Below, in pieces: positions 11,001 to 20,855 of a DNA stretch of 64,000 nucleotides. The notes under the pieces are model-generated. The model was not told the DNA's origin, did not search any database, and was given only the letters and a program-made list of their open reading frames with translations. How positions within the stretch are numbered: the first letter of the stretch is position 1; each line of letters opens with the position of its first letter. Source of the DNA: an uncultured archaeon (GTDB lineage: Archaea > Asgardarchaeota > Lokiarchaeia > Sigyniarchaeales > SOKP01). The translations under genes and the position numbers were made by a program. Location of the stretch: NCBI GenBank assembly GCA_964583985.1, contig CAZOYD010000013.1:1-64000 (forward strand). The letters run 5' to 3'.

Positions 11001-11180
11001 GACGTTTTCGATTTTATAAAGTGATGGCATTAATAATCCATTTCTTAATATAAAACCTCTGGATGTAATCAATAAATTATTATTGAAAGGTTTTTAATCT
11101 GAAAAGAATTTTATCAATTAATAAAATATACAAGTTACAACATTAAATTATAATTAATTTCTTCTGAGAGTAAACTAAAA

Positions 11181-11747
11181 ATGAGTAACGAATTATCGAA
11201 TCCAGCACCTCTCGGGCTTATGGCATTTGGTATGACAACAGTTTTACTAAATCTCCATAATGCAGGTTTTTACCTTTTCGGTCCAATGATAATAAGCATG
11301 GGCATTTTTTATGGGGGTTTCGCTCAAGTTATAGCAGGGATTATGGAATATAAGAAGGGTAATACTTTTGGCACAGTTGCTTTTACATCTTATGGATTAT
11401 TTTGGTTATCACTTGTTTTCATTAATATCTTGCCTAATACTGAGTTGTGGCCCTTAGCTTCTGGTTCTTCGGAAGTAGGATCCTATCTTTTAATGTGGGG
11501 CATCTTTACTTTTCTTATGTTTTTCGGAACCATAAAATTAAACAGGGGTTTACAAACTGTCTTTCTAACATTAACCATCTTATTCGTATTATTAGCAATT
11601 GGTGATTTCACTGGTAATAGCTTGATTACGGTAATAGCAGGGTATGAAGGAATTTTATGTGGTGCTAGTGCCATGTATTTATCAATCGCAGAAATTTTAA
11701 ATGAGATCTACGCAAGAACCATTCTCCCCATTGGTAGCAGAAACTGA
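11181..11747 (+). CDS. satP: Acetate uptake transporter (GPR1/FUN34/YaaH family)
   Basis: Signature [14 protein letters not shown]; FYGGFAQ; [15 protein letters not shown]. Confidence 0.92.
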   Translation: MSNELSNPAPLGLMAFGMTTVLLNLHNAGFYLFGPMIISMGIFYGGFAQVIAGIMEYKKGNTFGTVAFTSYGLFWLSLVFINILPNTELWPLASGSSEVGSYLLMWGIFTFLMFFGTIKLNRGLQTVFLTLTILFVLLAIGDFTGNSLITVIAGYEGILCGASAMYLSIAEILNEIYARTILPIGSRN

Positions 11748-11835
11748 GAAATTTAATTTTTGAACTTTTTTTTCTTAAATTTATTTAATAATCGAGCATT
11801 GAAATCCTGTGACTTTATTCTAAACTCATTACTGT

Positions 11836-11865
11836 TTTACTTAAAATAATAGAATTAAGTAAAAA
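11836..11865. terminator. AT-rich inverted repeat between convergent genes (possible terminator)
   Basis: TTTTACTTAA-N10-TTAAGTAAAA between satP and the M42 peptidase gene. Confidence 0.3.
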
Positions 11866-11917
11866 TATCATTCGGTAGTAGAATGAGAATGAAGAAAACA
11901 TTAATTTCCTTTAAAGA

Positions 11918-12982
11918 TTATACTTCAGCACTATTAATAATAAATGCTATCAATAACTTCACTGTATTCATAATATCATCAAGTTTTAAAAGAGATGTTG
12001 GAGAATGAATATAGCGACAAGGAACCGATACTACAGTACTTGGAACGCCTTCCCTTGATATATGAATCTTTCCAGCATCAGTTCCCCCATATAAAGGTTT
12101 TTTCATCTGATATGGAACCTTAGCTAATTTCGCATTTTTTGTTAATCTCTCATTTACTTTTGGGCTACTTATAACAGAAATATCTGCGATCGTGATTGCT
12201 GGACCTCTTCCTATAAAGGCAGGAATCTCTTGATCCTTTATTCCTGGTACATCTCCAGCTGTTGTATTTTCAATTGCTATTGCAATTGTGGGCTTTAGAG
12301 TAAATGCTCCAGTTATTGCACCTCTCCCTCCGATTTCTTCTTGCACTGCAAAATTGAACATTATGGTGTCATTCACAGGCTTTTCCTTGAGCATTCTCAT
12401 GATTTGTATCATTACATTGCAACCCGTTCGATCATCGAATGCCTTACCTCGAACCATGTTATTTGGAAAATCTAAGAAGGGAGATGAAAGTGTTCCAGTA
12501 GCACCCATTTTTATTCCCTCTCTTTCAACTTCTTCTTTAGAAAACATCCCAATATCGATGTACATGTCTTTAATTTCTACCAATTTTTTTCTTTCAGATG
12601 CTGTTGTGAGATGAGGTGGTTTTGATCCGATAATTCCATTAAATACGTTTCCTGATTCTGATCGGATAATGACCGGTTGCCCCAATAAAATTCTCGTATC
12701 CCAACCCCCAATTGGAACAAATCGCAGAAATCCTTCTCTATCAATGTGAGAGATCATGAACCCAATCTCGTCAATATGAGCATCGAATAGTATTCTTTCC
12801 TCATTTTTTTCACCGTTCACAACGGCTAATACATTTCCTAATTGATCAATCCATGCCTTATCAGCTAATTGTTCTTCTTTTATTAAGTTTAAAATGAATT
12901 TAGCTACATCATCTTCAAAACCAGAAACTCCTATTAATGAGGACAACTTTTCTTGCAGGGCTTTAACGTTTTCAATATCCAT
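11918..12982 (-). CDS. M42 family (TET) aminopeptidase
   Basis: DAHIDEIG, IGGWD, KAFDDRTG, VQEEIG, GGTDAG and RYIHSP motifs. Confidence 0.93.
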   Translation of the reverse strand: MDIENVKALQEKLSSLIGVSGFEDDVAKFILNLIKEEQLADKAWIDQLGNVLAVVNGEKNEERILFDAHIDEIGFMISHIDREGFLRFVPIGGWDTRILLGQPVIIRSESGNVFNGIIGSKPPHLTTASERKKLVEIKDMYIDIGMFSKEEVEREGIKMGATGTLSSPFLDFPNNMVRGKAFDDRTGCNVMIQIMRMLKEKPVNDTIMFNFAVQEEIGGRGAITGAFTLKPTIAIAIENTTAGDVPGIKDQEIPAFIGRGPAITIADISVISSPKVNERLTKNAKLAKVPYQMKKPLYGGTDAGKIHISREGVPSTVVSVPCRYIHSPTSLLKLDDIMNTVKLLIAFIINSAEV

Positions 12983-13094
12983 GCTAATCTTTCAGTTTGA
13001 AAATTAGTTAAATTAGTGAATGAACTCTAAATTATTAATCTAGACATTTAGAAAGAATATTAATAAAATTTAAAGGACATAAAAGAATTGAAGA

Positions 13095-14804
13095 TTATCT
13101 CTTTTTTTTTAATTCAGAAATAGCTTTTTCCGCCAGTAAAATGGCGTCAGTATACTTGGATTTAAACCTTTCCAAGTTAGCTTCAAGCTCGATCGTTTTA
13201 TTTTGCATTTGCATTATAATCTCATTGCTTTCATTGGTTGTTTGGGGTAAAGAATCGGGATTTTCTTTTGTTCCTTTCAAATAATTATATTTTTCTTTCC
13301 AGACCTTTAACTCAGTTTGAAGATCCTCAAAATCGTCATCACTAGTAATGTCACTTGTAGAAATGGGCGCTCCAGAATCTTCAATATCTATAAGCCTAAC
13401 CTTTAAAGATTCAATTTCTTCTTCTAATTCCTTAATTTTTATTTTTAATGATGCAATTTCATCTAAATATTCTACTGATGTCTTGGGTGCAATAATTTCA
13501 TCAAAAATCATTTTCCCTGTCTCTAATTCATTCGCACTCTTATCACCCAAAATACGTTGTCTTCGTTTTTGTAATTCCTCTACAGTTTGTTGTGAAAGAA
13601 AATCAAGGGGATTAAATCCAATTCCACCATGAGCCGTAACTCTTTTTCTTATCTTCACAAATAAAGGAATCCCCTTTACTGCTTCTCCACATATGATTGC
13701 TTCTCCTTTCTCCAAACCTGAAATATCTGCTTTATTCCCTCTGGTTAAATCTTCCGCACTTGAGATAGTAACATCTATATCTCGAATGTCTGTAAGATTA
13801 TGTACGATCCAACTACCTGCTTGAGCCCGAATCGTAGTATCTAGTAATTGCGGCCGTTGCGTACCAATAACAATATTAGCTCCGAATTTTCTCCCTTCTT
13901 GGCTAAACAGTTTCACGACTTCACATGTGTCTGTTTGTTTTTTACCTGCAAATAAATGGGCTTCATCGAGAAATAAGTAGAACGGGGGAATTCTGCGACC
14001 AGTGCTAGCTTGATACAATTTTTTGAGGACTTTTCCTGCTACCATTTCTTGTACCGTTAGATCCATTCCACGCATGTTAATAATAGTGCATAAGTTAGGA
14101 GCTACAAGATCTGCTGCATCTAAGGAAAATAGATATTCTATATCAATATCTCCTCCTTTATTTATGCTTAAATCGGCGAATTCGATGATAGAATCAACAA
14201 ATTCACTTTTCTGAGCATCTCCTCTTGGTTCATCTTCAGGCGAATCATCAGCAGCGACTTTTAAAGACCCATATTCTCCATGTCTATCAAGAATCACTAA
14301 AGGAATTCCCTTTCTCATGAATTCTTCACATAAAACCCCCATACTGTATGATTTTCCGCTACCTGACTTTCCAGTAATAAAAATTCGTCCAAAATTCTTA
14401 ATTAACAATTTCACGTCGAAAGGATATCCTATTAATTTTCCTAATGACACGGATTCTTCTGGAGCATTATAGATCCCTAATAGGCGAGAAATTTGTTCTT
14501 CATTTGCTTTATATACTTCCGCTCCAATATCGAATGGTCTGTTTGGTCTTTCTCCGAGTACTTGAAGATCAGCAATCGTTCCTTTTGATTCACTCCACAT
14601 TTTAGTAATACTTAGAATATAATGCGGTCTATTTCCTTTTTCATCTTTATCACCATAAATCACAAAATAAGAATTCCGCTCAACATCTGGAGCTGTAAAT
14701 TGGATTTGAACTGTGTGAGTCATTGTCTTCCCAACAAGGTTACCTACTTTCCCTATTTTGTCCTTACCGGGACCTTCATCTATTTTATCTTCATCATCTG
14801 ACAT
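13095..14804 (-). CDS. HerA/FtsK-superfamily ATPase (DUF87 type) with a C-terminal coiled coil
   Basis: Walker A GKSGSGKS, ILDRHGEY, Walker B LFLDEAH, EGRKFG, TQRP; N-terminal HAS-barrel-like region. Confidence 0.85.
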   Translation of the reverse strand: MSDDEDKIDEGPGKDKIGKVGNLVGKTMTHTVQIQFTAPDVERNSYFVIYGDKDEKGNRPHYILSITKMWSESKGTIADLQVLGERPNRPFDIGAEVYKANEEQISRLLGIYNAPEESVSLGKLIGYPFDVKLLIKNFGRIFITGKSGSGKSYSMGVLCEEFMRKGIPLVILDRHGEYGSLKVAADDSPEDEPRGDAQKSEFVDSIIEFADLSINKGGDIDIEYLFSLDAADLVAPNLCTIINMRGMDLTVQEMVAGKVLKKLYQASTGRRIPPFYLFLDEAHLFAGKKQTDTCEVVKLFSQEGRKFGANIVIGTQRPQLLDTTIRAQAGSWIVHNLTDIRDIDVTISSAEDLTRGNKADISGLEKGEAIICGEAVKGIPLFVKIRKRVTAHGGIGFNPLDFLSQQTVEELQKRRQRILGDKSANELETGKMIFDEIIAPKTSVEYLDEIASLKIKIKELEEEIESLKVRLIDIEDSGAPISTSDITSDDDFEDLQTELKVWKEKYNYLKGTKENPDSLPQTTNESNEIIMQMQNKTIELEANLERFKSKYTDAILLAEKAISELKKKR

Positions 14805-15194
14805 TTAAAATCACATTCGTAATTTCTACTATTATTATATGAAAATCATGCTATTTTAATTATATACTATTGGTAGAAAATTTAATAAGAGTATTTAAAT
14901 CTTTAAGGTTCTAATCTTTGATTTTTATACTTATTGAGATAAAATGTTTTTTCCATTATCCGATGGAAAAATTGGTTTATATGGTTCTTTTATCCTGCAC
15001 AGACCAAGAAATAATAAATCTTGTTCTCGAATAAAGAACATTTCATTCTTAAAACTATTTATTTAAAAGAACTTTTTTTGTTTAAACGGATTTTACAAAA
15101 AAAAAAAATTAAATTTGCTTTTTTAAGAGCATTTTACCCATCATTTTCATCGTGCCAAGGAATCCACGTTTTTTTATCATAATCTTTTGTAATA

Positions 15195-15578
15195 ATGCGT
15201 CGAAATCTTTTGGAGATACCTTTTCCTTTTCATTCTTCTCGAGTTGAATTGCATTCGATGGGCAGAAAGGTTTTAGATAAATTAATTAAATTCTATGAGT
15301 ATTTAGAAGAATCCGATTCTGATGATATAGTAGAAATTTATAAAAAATTTTATAGTACGGTAAATTGGGCAAATTCCGATATTAGTCATCTTTTTATGGG
15401 TCAATCCTTTTTAACTGTGAATCAATGGAAGAGATGGCAAAAACAATTTTATAAACTATTTATGGAATTTGACGCAGAGTGCATCAAGGAACAAAAGGAA
15501 AATCCTTATCAAGAAAAATATATGTATTTTTTAAACATACATATACATGTTAAAATTCTATTTGAAGAAATGGACTAA
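15195..15578 (+). CDS. Hypothetical protein
   Basis: Stand-alone 127-aa ORF; no motif recognised. Confidence 0.45.
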   Translation: MRRNLLEIPFPFHSSRVELHSMGRKVLDKLIKFYEYLEESDSDDIVEIYKKFYSTVNWANSDISHLFMGQSFLTVNQWKRWQKQFYKLFMEFDAECIKEQKENPYQEKYMYFLNIHIHVKILFEEMD

Positions 15579-15650
15579 AAAAATTGACTAATAATAAATA
15601 GAAAAAAAAAATGATTTTTTTGGCATATAAAAGCCTTCTATATTCAGATC

Positions 15651-16034
15651 TTATCTCCGTTGGATGTATATGTAAATAAAAACAATCACTTGTACGATCC
15701 ATATAATTGTGTTAATCCAAACAATTGGATTGGTGGGAAGAACAAAGTGAATATACAACATAGCCGCTATCTCCATTAAAATCCATACAATCATTGTCAA
15801 AACAACAATTTTCACGCATTCCCATTCATTTTTTCTGTATGCTAGTAAGTTAAGCACGGAAAATCCTAGAAGAGATGCTCCAAAAAGCCGTGGAATCCCC
15901 AGATCATTATAAGGCCAAGACATCATATCCAAGAATGCATCTAAGAGAAAAATGAATGTTAAACCAAAGAATAATTGTAAAATAAACGAAAAAAGGAACC
16001 AATTTTTTGTCAATTTTTCGATATTCATTGCCAT
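15651..16034 (-). CDS. Hypothetical membrane protein (4 TM)
   Basis: 127-aa hydrophobic ORF with a GAGGT RBS upstream. Confidence 0.75.
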   Translation of the reverse strand: MAMNIEKLTKNWFLFSFILQLFFGLTFIFLLDAFLDMMSWPYNDLGIPRLFGASLLGFSVLNLLAYRKNEWECVKIVVLTMIVWILMEIAAMLYIHFVLPTNPIVWINTIIWIVQVIVFIYIYIQRR

Positions 16035-16152
16035 TCAACCTCTATTTAATTAGAATTTTTATTTTTTTTTTGTCAATAAAATTTGACTTATAATGAAATT
16101 TAGCTTCTTCGAATTTATAAGCATACATTCAATAGTCTAATGGAAGTCCCAC

Positions 16153-16198
16153 ACTTTCTGAAAGTAAGTTTATTATATTAGAAGAACTTTTAGAAATT
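16153..16198. promoter_or_regulatory. Putative operator pair flanking a TATA-like box
   Basis: Palindrome ACTTTC-T-GAAAGT (16153-16165) and degenerate ACTTTTAGAAATT (16186-16198) flank TTTATTATA, upstream of a wHTH protein gene. Confidence 0.35.
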
Positions 16199-16232
16199 TA
16201 TAGATCAAAATTTTATAAGAAAACATAAAAAA

Positions 16233-18125
16233 ATGAATTATCCCTCTCAAGAGATACTCAATCCCCAAAAAGTAATGAGGAAGAACTATGAGCACATCAT
16301 AATGTGGATGCTATTTAATAATGATAGCTGTGAGTGGGCTGATTTTTCTAAGGCACCGATCAATATCCCCGAGGCCACGCTGTCAAGGTATTTAGGCTCA
16401 TTGGATAAAAAGAGATTTATTAACAAAATTTCTCGAGGTCATTATAAAATCACTCCAGAGGGGAAAAAAAGATATCATGAATTATCAAAATATAAAGGAA
16501 AGCGACATGATATAAATTATCCTCCTGACGTTATTTTAAAACGCGGTAGAAATTACGATCATTGGATACTTTGGATGGTCTTTAACAACGAGTATTGTAA
16601 AAGATCTGACTTTCACGACAATCCATTGTATATTAATCAGAATTCTTTATCAAAAAATCTAAATTATCTTATTGAGAGAAATTTTATTCAGAAAACTGAT
16701 CACTTATACAAAATTACCCAATTAGGTAAGAGAGAATATTCCAAGATATTACAGAATTATGATTTAGATCGACAAACGATTTTAGAAGTAGAAAGCAAGC
16801 GAATTGATAAAATTACAATAAAAACAGCTCAATTTTTCGATGAATATAATGTTACTAATGAAGAGGTAAAATTTCGATACCTAAATAAAGTTTTAAAGTT
16901 GGACTATTCAAAAGTGAGCATGATATTAACAGATGAGAAAGATTTTCACAAAATTCTATTGTTTATTTCAATAAATCACCCACAATATTACCCAAACTAC
17001 ATCTCTCTTGAACAGTTTTCAAATCTTTACCAAATCAAAAAGAAAAATCTCGATTTTTGGATCGATGAGATCTTATCCGGAAATATTTTTGATATTAAAA
17101 TTCATCAATTAGAAGTTCCTCCTGACAGACGTTACTTTTTTGAATCTAATGAAAAATTGGAAAAGATGTTTCGAGCAATAACGGTAGACTATATCACTAA
17201 AAATAAATATTTACAAAAATTTGGAAGTTCTGAAGGGGTTGAACTATTGATTAATAAAATCTTAAATGAAATTTGTGTAACTCTATTCAATAAAGATCTA
17301 ATGGAGTCATTAAGAAAATTTTTACCGGGATATATTAAACACTTAGCATATAAAATAGAAACAAAGAAAACAATAAAGGATACGTATGATAAATTAGAGG
17401 GAATTATCTGGCAAAACATGGCGAATTTATTTCATTCACAAAGCTCCGAAACGTTAGAAGATCAGTATCAAGAAGAATTAAAAGAAATTGAAAGAGTTAT
17501 TGCTCTAAATCCAGTCGATTATGAATCTTATGGTGAAAAAATAAGAATTCTAATTTATTTTAATCAGTATGCCGAAGTATTAGCTTTTTTAGATGAAATG
17601 CTTGAAAAATTCCCTGAAAAAGAAATAGAGTTGCTAATGAAAAAGGCATCAATTCTTAAAATGAAAAAAGAGGTAGAAGCTGGACTGGAGATCATCGAAC
17701 AATTGATTGAAAAATATCCAGAGAATGCTGATCTTCAGAATTATAGGGCATATTGGCTTCGATATTTAGGTAAAAAAGACGAAGCAATAGAGATTCTCAA
17801 ACAACTTATTAAAAACAATCCTGAAAACGCTACATATCATGATACATTTGGGGAGATATTACTTTATTTTGATGAGTTTGAAGAAGCTTCTAAAAAATTC
17901 TTAAAAGCTATTCTCCTGAATGATCAAGGGTGGTTTATTTATCAAACGTATATTAAACTTGGAATTTGCTATTTAGCGCTTGAGAAATATGATTTAGCAG
18001 AAAAAAACCTTGAAATGGGAAAAACAATAATAAAGCAAAATAAAAACCATTTTGAAACAGACCAAAATTGGCTCATAATCGCAGATCTTTTTCTTACTGA
18101 AATTATGGAACAAAAAGATAAGTGA
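16233..18125 (+). CDS. Tandem winged-helix + TPR-repeat protein (putative regulator)
   Basis: Two repeated wHTH units (NYEHIIMWML...YKITPEGK and NYDHWILWMV...YKITQLGK) and C-terminal TPR motifs (NPENATYHDTFGEIL). Confidence 0.8.
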   Translation: MNYPSQEILNPQKVMRKNYEHIIMWMLFNNDSCEWADFSKAPINIPEATLSRYLGSLDKKRFINKISRGHYKITPEGKKRYHELSKYKGKRHDINYPPDVILKRGRNYDHWILWMVFNNEYCKRSDFHDNPLYINQNSLSKNLNYLIERNFIQKTDHLYKITQLGKREYSKILQNYDLDRQTILEVESKRIDKITIKTAQFFDEYNVTNEEVKFRYLNKVLKLDYSKVSMILTDEKDFHKILLFISINHPQYYPNYISLEQFSNLYQIKKKNLDFWIDEILSGNIFDIKIHQLEVPPDRRYFFESNEKLEKMFRAITVDYITKNKYLQKFGSSEGVELLINKILNEICVTLFNKDLMESLRKFLPGYIKHLAYKIETKKTIKDTYDKLEGIIWQNMANLFHSQSSETLEDQYQEELKEIERVIALNPVDYESYGEKIRILIYFNQYAEVLAFLDEMLEKFPEKEIELLMKKASILKMKKEVEAGLEIIEQLIEKYPENADLQNYRAYWLRYLGKKDEAIEILKQLIKNNPENATYHDTFGEILLYFDEFEEASKKFLKAILLNDQGWFIYQTYIKLGICYLALEKYDLAEKNLEMGKTIIKQNKNHFETDQNWLIIADLFLTEIMEQKDK

Positions 18126-18135
18126 TGTTTTTCTA

Positions 18136-18681
18136 CTATGTCAAAAACTTAGATTTTTGATTTAGCTGTGCAATAAGCATATTAAATGCTTCACTAACTC
18201 CTTGACCTGTTTTTGCTGAGGTTAGGTAATAATCAAAAATGTTTAGTTCATTAACGATCATTTGAATCTTGGAAATATCCAAATCATTTTCTTGAATTAA
18301 ATCCACCTTATTGGCAAATAGAACCACGGGCATTTTTTCACATCTATTTTTGAATTCATCATTCCATTTTTTTACATGTTTAAAACTATCACTGCCAAGG
18401 TCATTTTCTTCAAGGCTAAAAACAATAATACAAGCTTTACTATCTTTATAAAATAAAGAATTAAGAAAATCAAAACTACCTTGACCAGCAATATCCCAAA
18501 ATATTAAGCTAATATCATTTCCATTAACATTTTTCTCTATTTTGGTAAATTGTGCTCCAATTGTTTTAATATAGTCGTTTATAAAAATTCCATGGGTAAA
18601 TTTCTTAATTAAGGATGTTTTCCCTACTCCTCCATCCCCGATAACGACAATTTTATATTTAAATGTTTGAGTTCCATTCAT
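18136..18681 (-). CDS. Rab-like small GTPase (Ras superfamily; eukaryotic signature protein)
   Basis: G1 GDGGVGKT, G2 TIG, G3 WDIAGQ, G4 NKVD, G5 SAK. No C-terminal prenylation cysteine. Confidence 0.95.
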   Translation of the reverse strand: MNGTQTFKYKIVVIGDGGVGKTSLIKKFTHGIFINDYIKTIGAQFTKIEKNVNGNDISLIFWDIAGQGSFDFLNSLFYKDSKACIIVFSLEENDLGSDSFKHVKKWNDEFKNRCEKMPVVLFANKVDLIQENDLDISKIQMIVNELNIFDYYLTSAKTGQGVSEAFNMLIAQLNQKSKFLT

Positions 18682-18711
18682 TTGTATTTTGAAATATAAA
18701 AAAATTTACTA

Positions 18712-18755
18712 ACTTTAATGTAAACTTAACTACAATTGGATATAAAATTTGATAA
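18712..18755 (-). promoter_or_regulatory. Promoter block upstream of the GTPase gene (copy 1 of a 44-bp shared element)
   Basis: ACTTnnATGTAAAyTTAA-N9-GATATAAAATTTGAyAA on the + strand; reads as a TTTTATAT TATA box on the - strand. Confidence 0.55.
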
Positions 18756-18787
18756 TTTCAAATATATTAAAATTAAATTTTTCAAAA

Positions 18788-20761
18788 TTAAGCAATATTT
18801 TTTTGCATAAAAATACTTGTTATTAAAGAATTCAGACTTGGATGATCTTCCATTTTAATAATTTGGTTGCTCTTATAGTATTCATTAAATTTTTCCAATA
18901 ATTGTTTATTCTGTTCTAAGTTTTCAACAAAGACTTTCATTTTTCTTTGAGCGGATAATGTCTGTCCTTTGAAGAGGTAGCAAACTAAAAATGTTGAAAG
19001 CGGCTTCATTAATAGTGTAAATTGGCCAAAAGAAGCCCGATCAAGTCCCTCAGAAAAAAGTTCTCCACTAAATGTGTTAAAAGCCTTTAAAAAACCACTA
19101 ATTAGATCATCTTCTATAATAAAGGTCTCTGCAAATAATTTAGAGAAAGTGGGAACCCCTCCTTCAGAAATAACCAGAATCATAATAGGTTTTTCTTCAG
19201 CTATATCGGGAATTTCATTTCGGCGTTTATGGATCATAAGCTTTATCTGCTCGTCTAAGTTGGCTAATTTTAGGCGATCAGATAAGTTTGAGTCTGAATC
19301 TTTTAACTCTTTCCATAGATCTAGTTTCTGAAGCAATTCATCATGCTCACTTGAAATTTTCCTCACCAAGGGATCAAAACCATATTTCTCAGCAATATCT
19401 TGGGCTTTTGTTAATAATTGGCGAGCATTCTTAATATCTAAGGTCAATAAAGCTAACCTCGCTTGTAACACATATGTTTCAGCGTAATACCAATAACTAT
19501 GAGATCTTTCAGTTAAATATAGTAATTTTTTAATTAATGGCTCAATTTCTTTTACAATTTCTATTTCCTGAGTTAATTTAAGCTCATCAATTAGAAGATC
19601 ACATAAATGAATTAATCCTTCAATTTTAATTTCAAATACCGTGTTTTCGTCTTGTATTAAGGATTTAAATAGATTTTCTGCTTTTGCTCGATTTTGGATT
19701 CTTGGACTTTTCTTTAGAATAAGAGCTTCAGTGTATGTATAATCCCGATTAATATAAGGGGTCTTTTCTATATCTCGCATTTGTTTAACTCTATCTGAAT
19801 ACTTTTTAGCTTTCTCAATATCCCCTTTATCAAGAAGGACTTCTACCATGCTAACATTAAAGCCTACCTTACTCCAGTTATTCTTTGATTCCTCTGATAA
19901 TTTTATACATTTACTTAACAACTCAATAGATTTATCTAGCTTTCCTTGCGTTCGATATAGCAATGCCAGGTTGTTCAAAATGCCTAAAGAGGAAAAAGAA
20001 TTATTAGTTTTTTCGAAATATGACAATGCTAATTCATAATGTGATAGGGCTTCAACTATTTCTCCCTTAAGATGATACGTAAATCCTAAATTAAAATGTG
20101 AAGAAGCAATTAGCCTCTGATAAGGAATTTCTTCGGCAATTTTAAGGCATTGATTTATATAATCAAAGGCTTTATCATAATCGATTTCTACTAAACGATA
20201 TATATTTGATAACCCTAACAATGATTCAGCTATATATTGGGGGTTCCCTAATTTTTCACGTAATTCTAGACTCCTTCTCATGTATTTTAGAGAATCTTCC
20301 TTTTTCCCTAAAAAAAAGGAAAGGCGTCCTTTAATATATGCTTTATATGCTTCGACTTCTTCAAGATTTGCTTGATTATCTTTAGAAAGAAGGCTGTATA
20401 TTTCTTCGCTTTTTTCTAATAATTTAGAGCTCTTATCCAAATCACCTATTATAATTACCGCATTAGCCATATTTAAAATAGCATTTATTGATTGCAAATA
20501 ATTATGAGAATCTTGAGCTTTTTTGTAAATATGTTCAGCAATTTTAAATGTATTTTCCCAATCTCCTAATCTGATTAGAAGGGAACTCAATAATATTTCA
20601 TCCGATAAAGATAACGCTGATTTTTCAATTATTTTATTCAAAATAAGCATCGCTTCATAATCTTTACCCTCGTTCAGAAGGGTTTCTGCTCTTTTAATTT
20701 CTTTATCTATATCTAACATGTTTTTCTTTATTGGAGATTTATTGAATTCGGTTTCATTCAT
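18788..20761 (-). CDS. TPR-repeat protein with a C-terminal longin-like domain
   Basis: Many TPRs (SLGILNNLALLYRTQGKLDKS). C-terminal ILVISEGGVPTFSKLF...LISGFLKAFNTFSGELF...LVCYLFKG fits a longin-like fold. Confidence 0.8.
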   Translation of the reverse strand: MNETEFNKSPIKKNMLDIDKEIKRAETLLNEGKDYEAMLILNKIIEKSALSLSDEILLSSLLIRLGDWENTFKIAEHIYKKAQDSHNYLQSINAILNMANAVIIIGDLDKSSKLLEKSEEIYSLLSKDNQANLEEVEAYKAYIKGRLSFFLGKKEDSLKYMRRSLELREKLGNPQYIAESLLGLSNIYRLVEIDYDKAFDYINQCLKIAEEIPYQRLIASSHFNLGFTYHLKGEIVEALSHYELALSYFEKTNNSFSSLGILNNLALLYRTQGKLDKSIELLSKCIKLSEESKNNWSKVGFNVSMVEVLLDKGDIEKAKKYSDRVKQMRDIEKTPYINRDYTYTEALILKKSPRIQNRAKAENLFKSLIQDENTVFEIKIEGLIHLCDLLIDELKLTQEIEIVKEIEPLIKKLLYLTERSHSYWYYAETYVLQARLALLTLDIKNARQLLTKAQDIAEKYGFDPLVRKISSEHDELLQKLDLWKELKDSDSNLSDRLKLANLDEQIKLMIHKRRNEIPDIAEEKPIMILVISEGGVPTFSKLFAETFIIEDDLISGFLKAFNTFSGELFSEGLDRASFGQFTLLMKPLSTFLVCYLFKGQTLSAQRKMKVFVENLEQNKQLLEKFNEYYKSNQIIKMEDHPSLNSLITSIFMQKNIA

Positions 20762-20792
20762 CTATATTTCTAAAAATATGAAATTATTACAC

Positions 20793-20836
20793 ACTTGTAT
20801 GTAAATTTAAAGGAACTAAGATATAAAATTTGACAA
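20793..20836 (-). promoter_or_regulatory. Promoter block upstream of the TPR-longin gene (copy 2 of the 44-bp shared element)
   Basis: 33/44 identical to 18712-18755 with no gaps, at nearly the same distance from the start codon. Confidence 0.55.
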
Positions 20837-20855
20837 ATTTATTGCTTTGATATTT

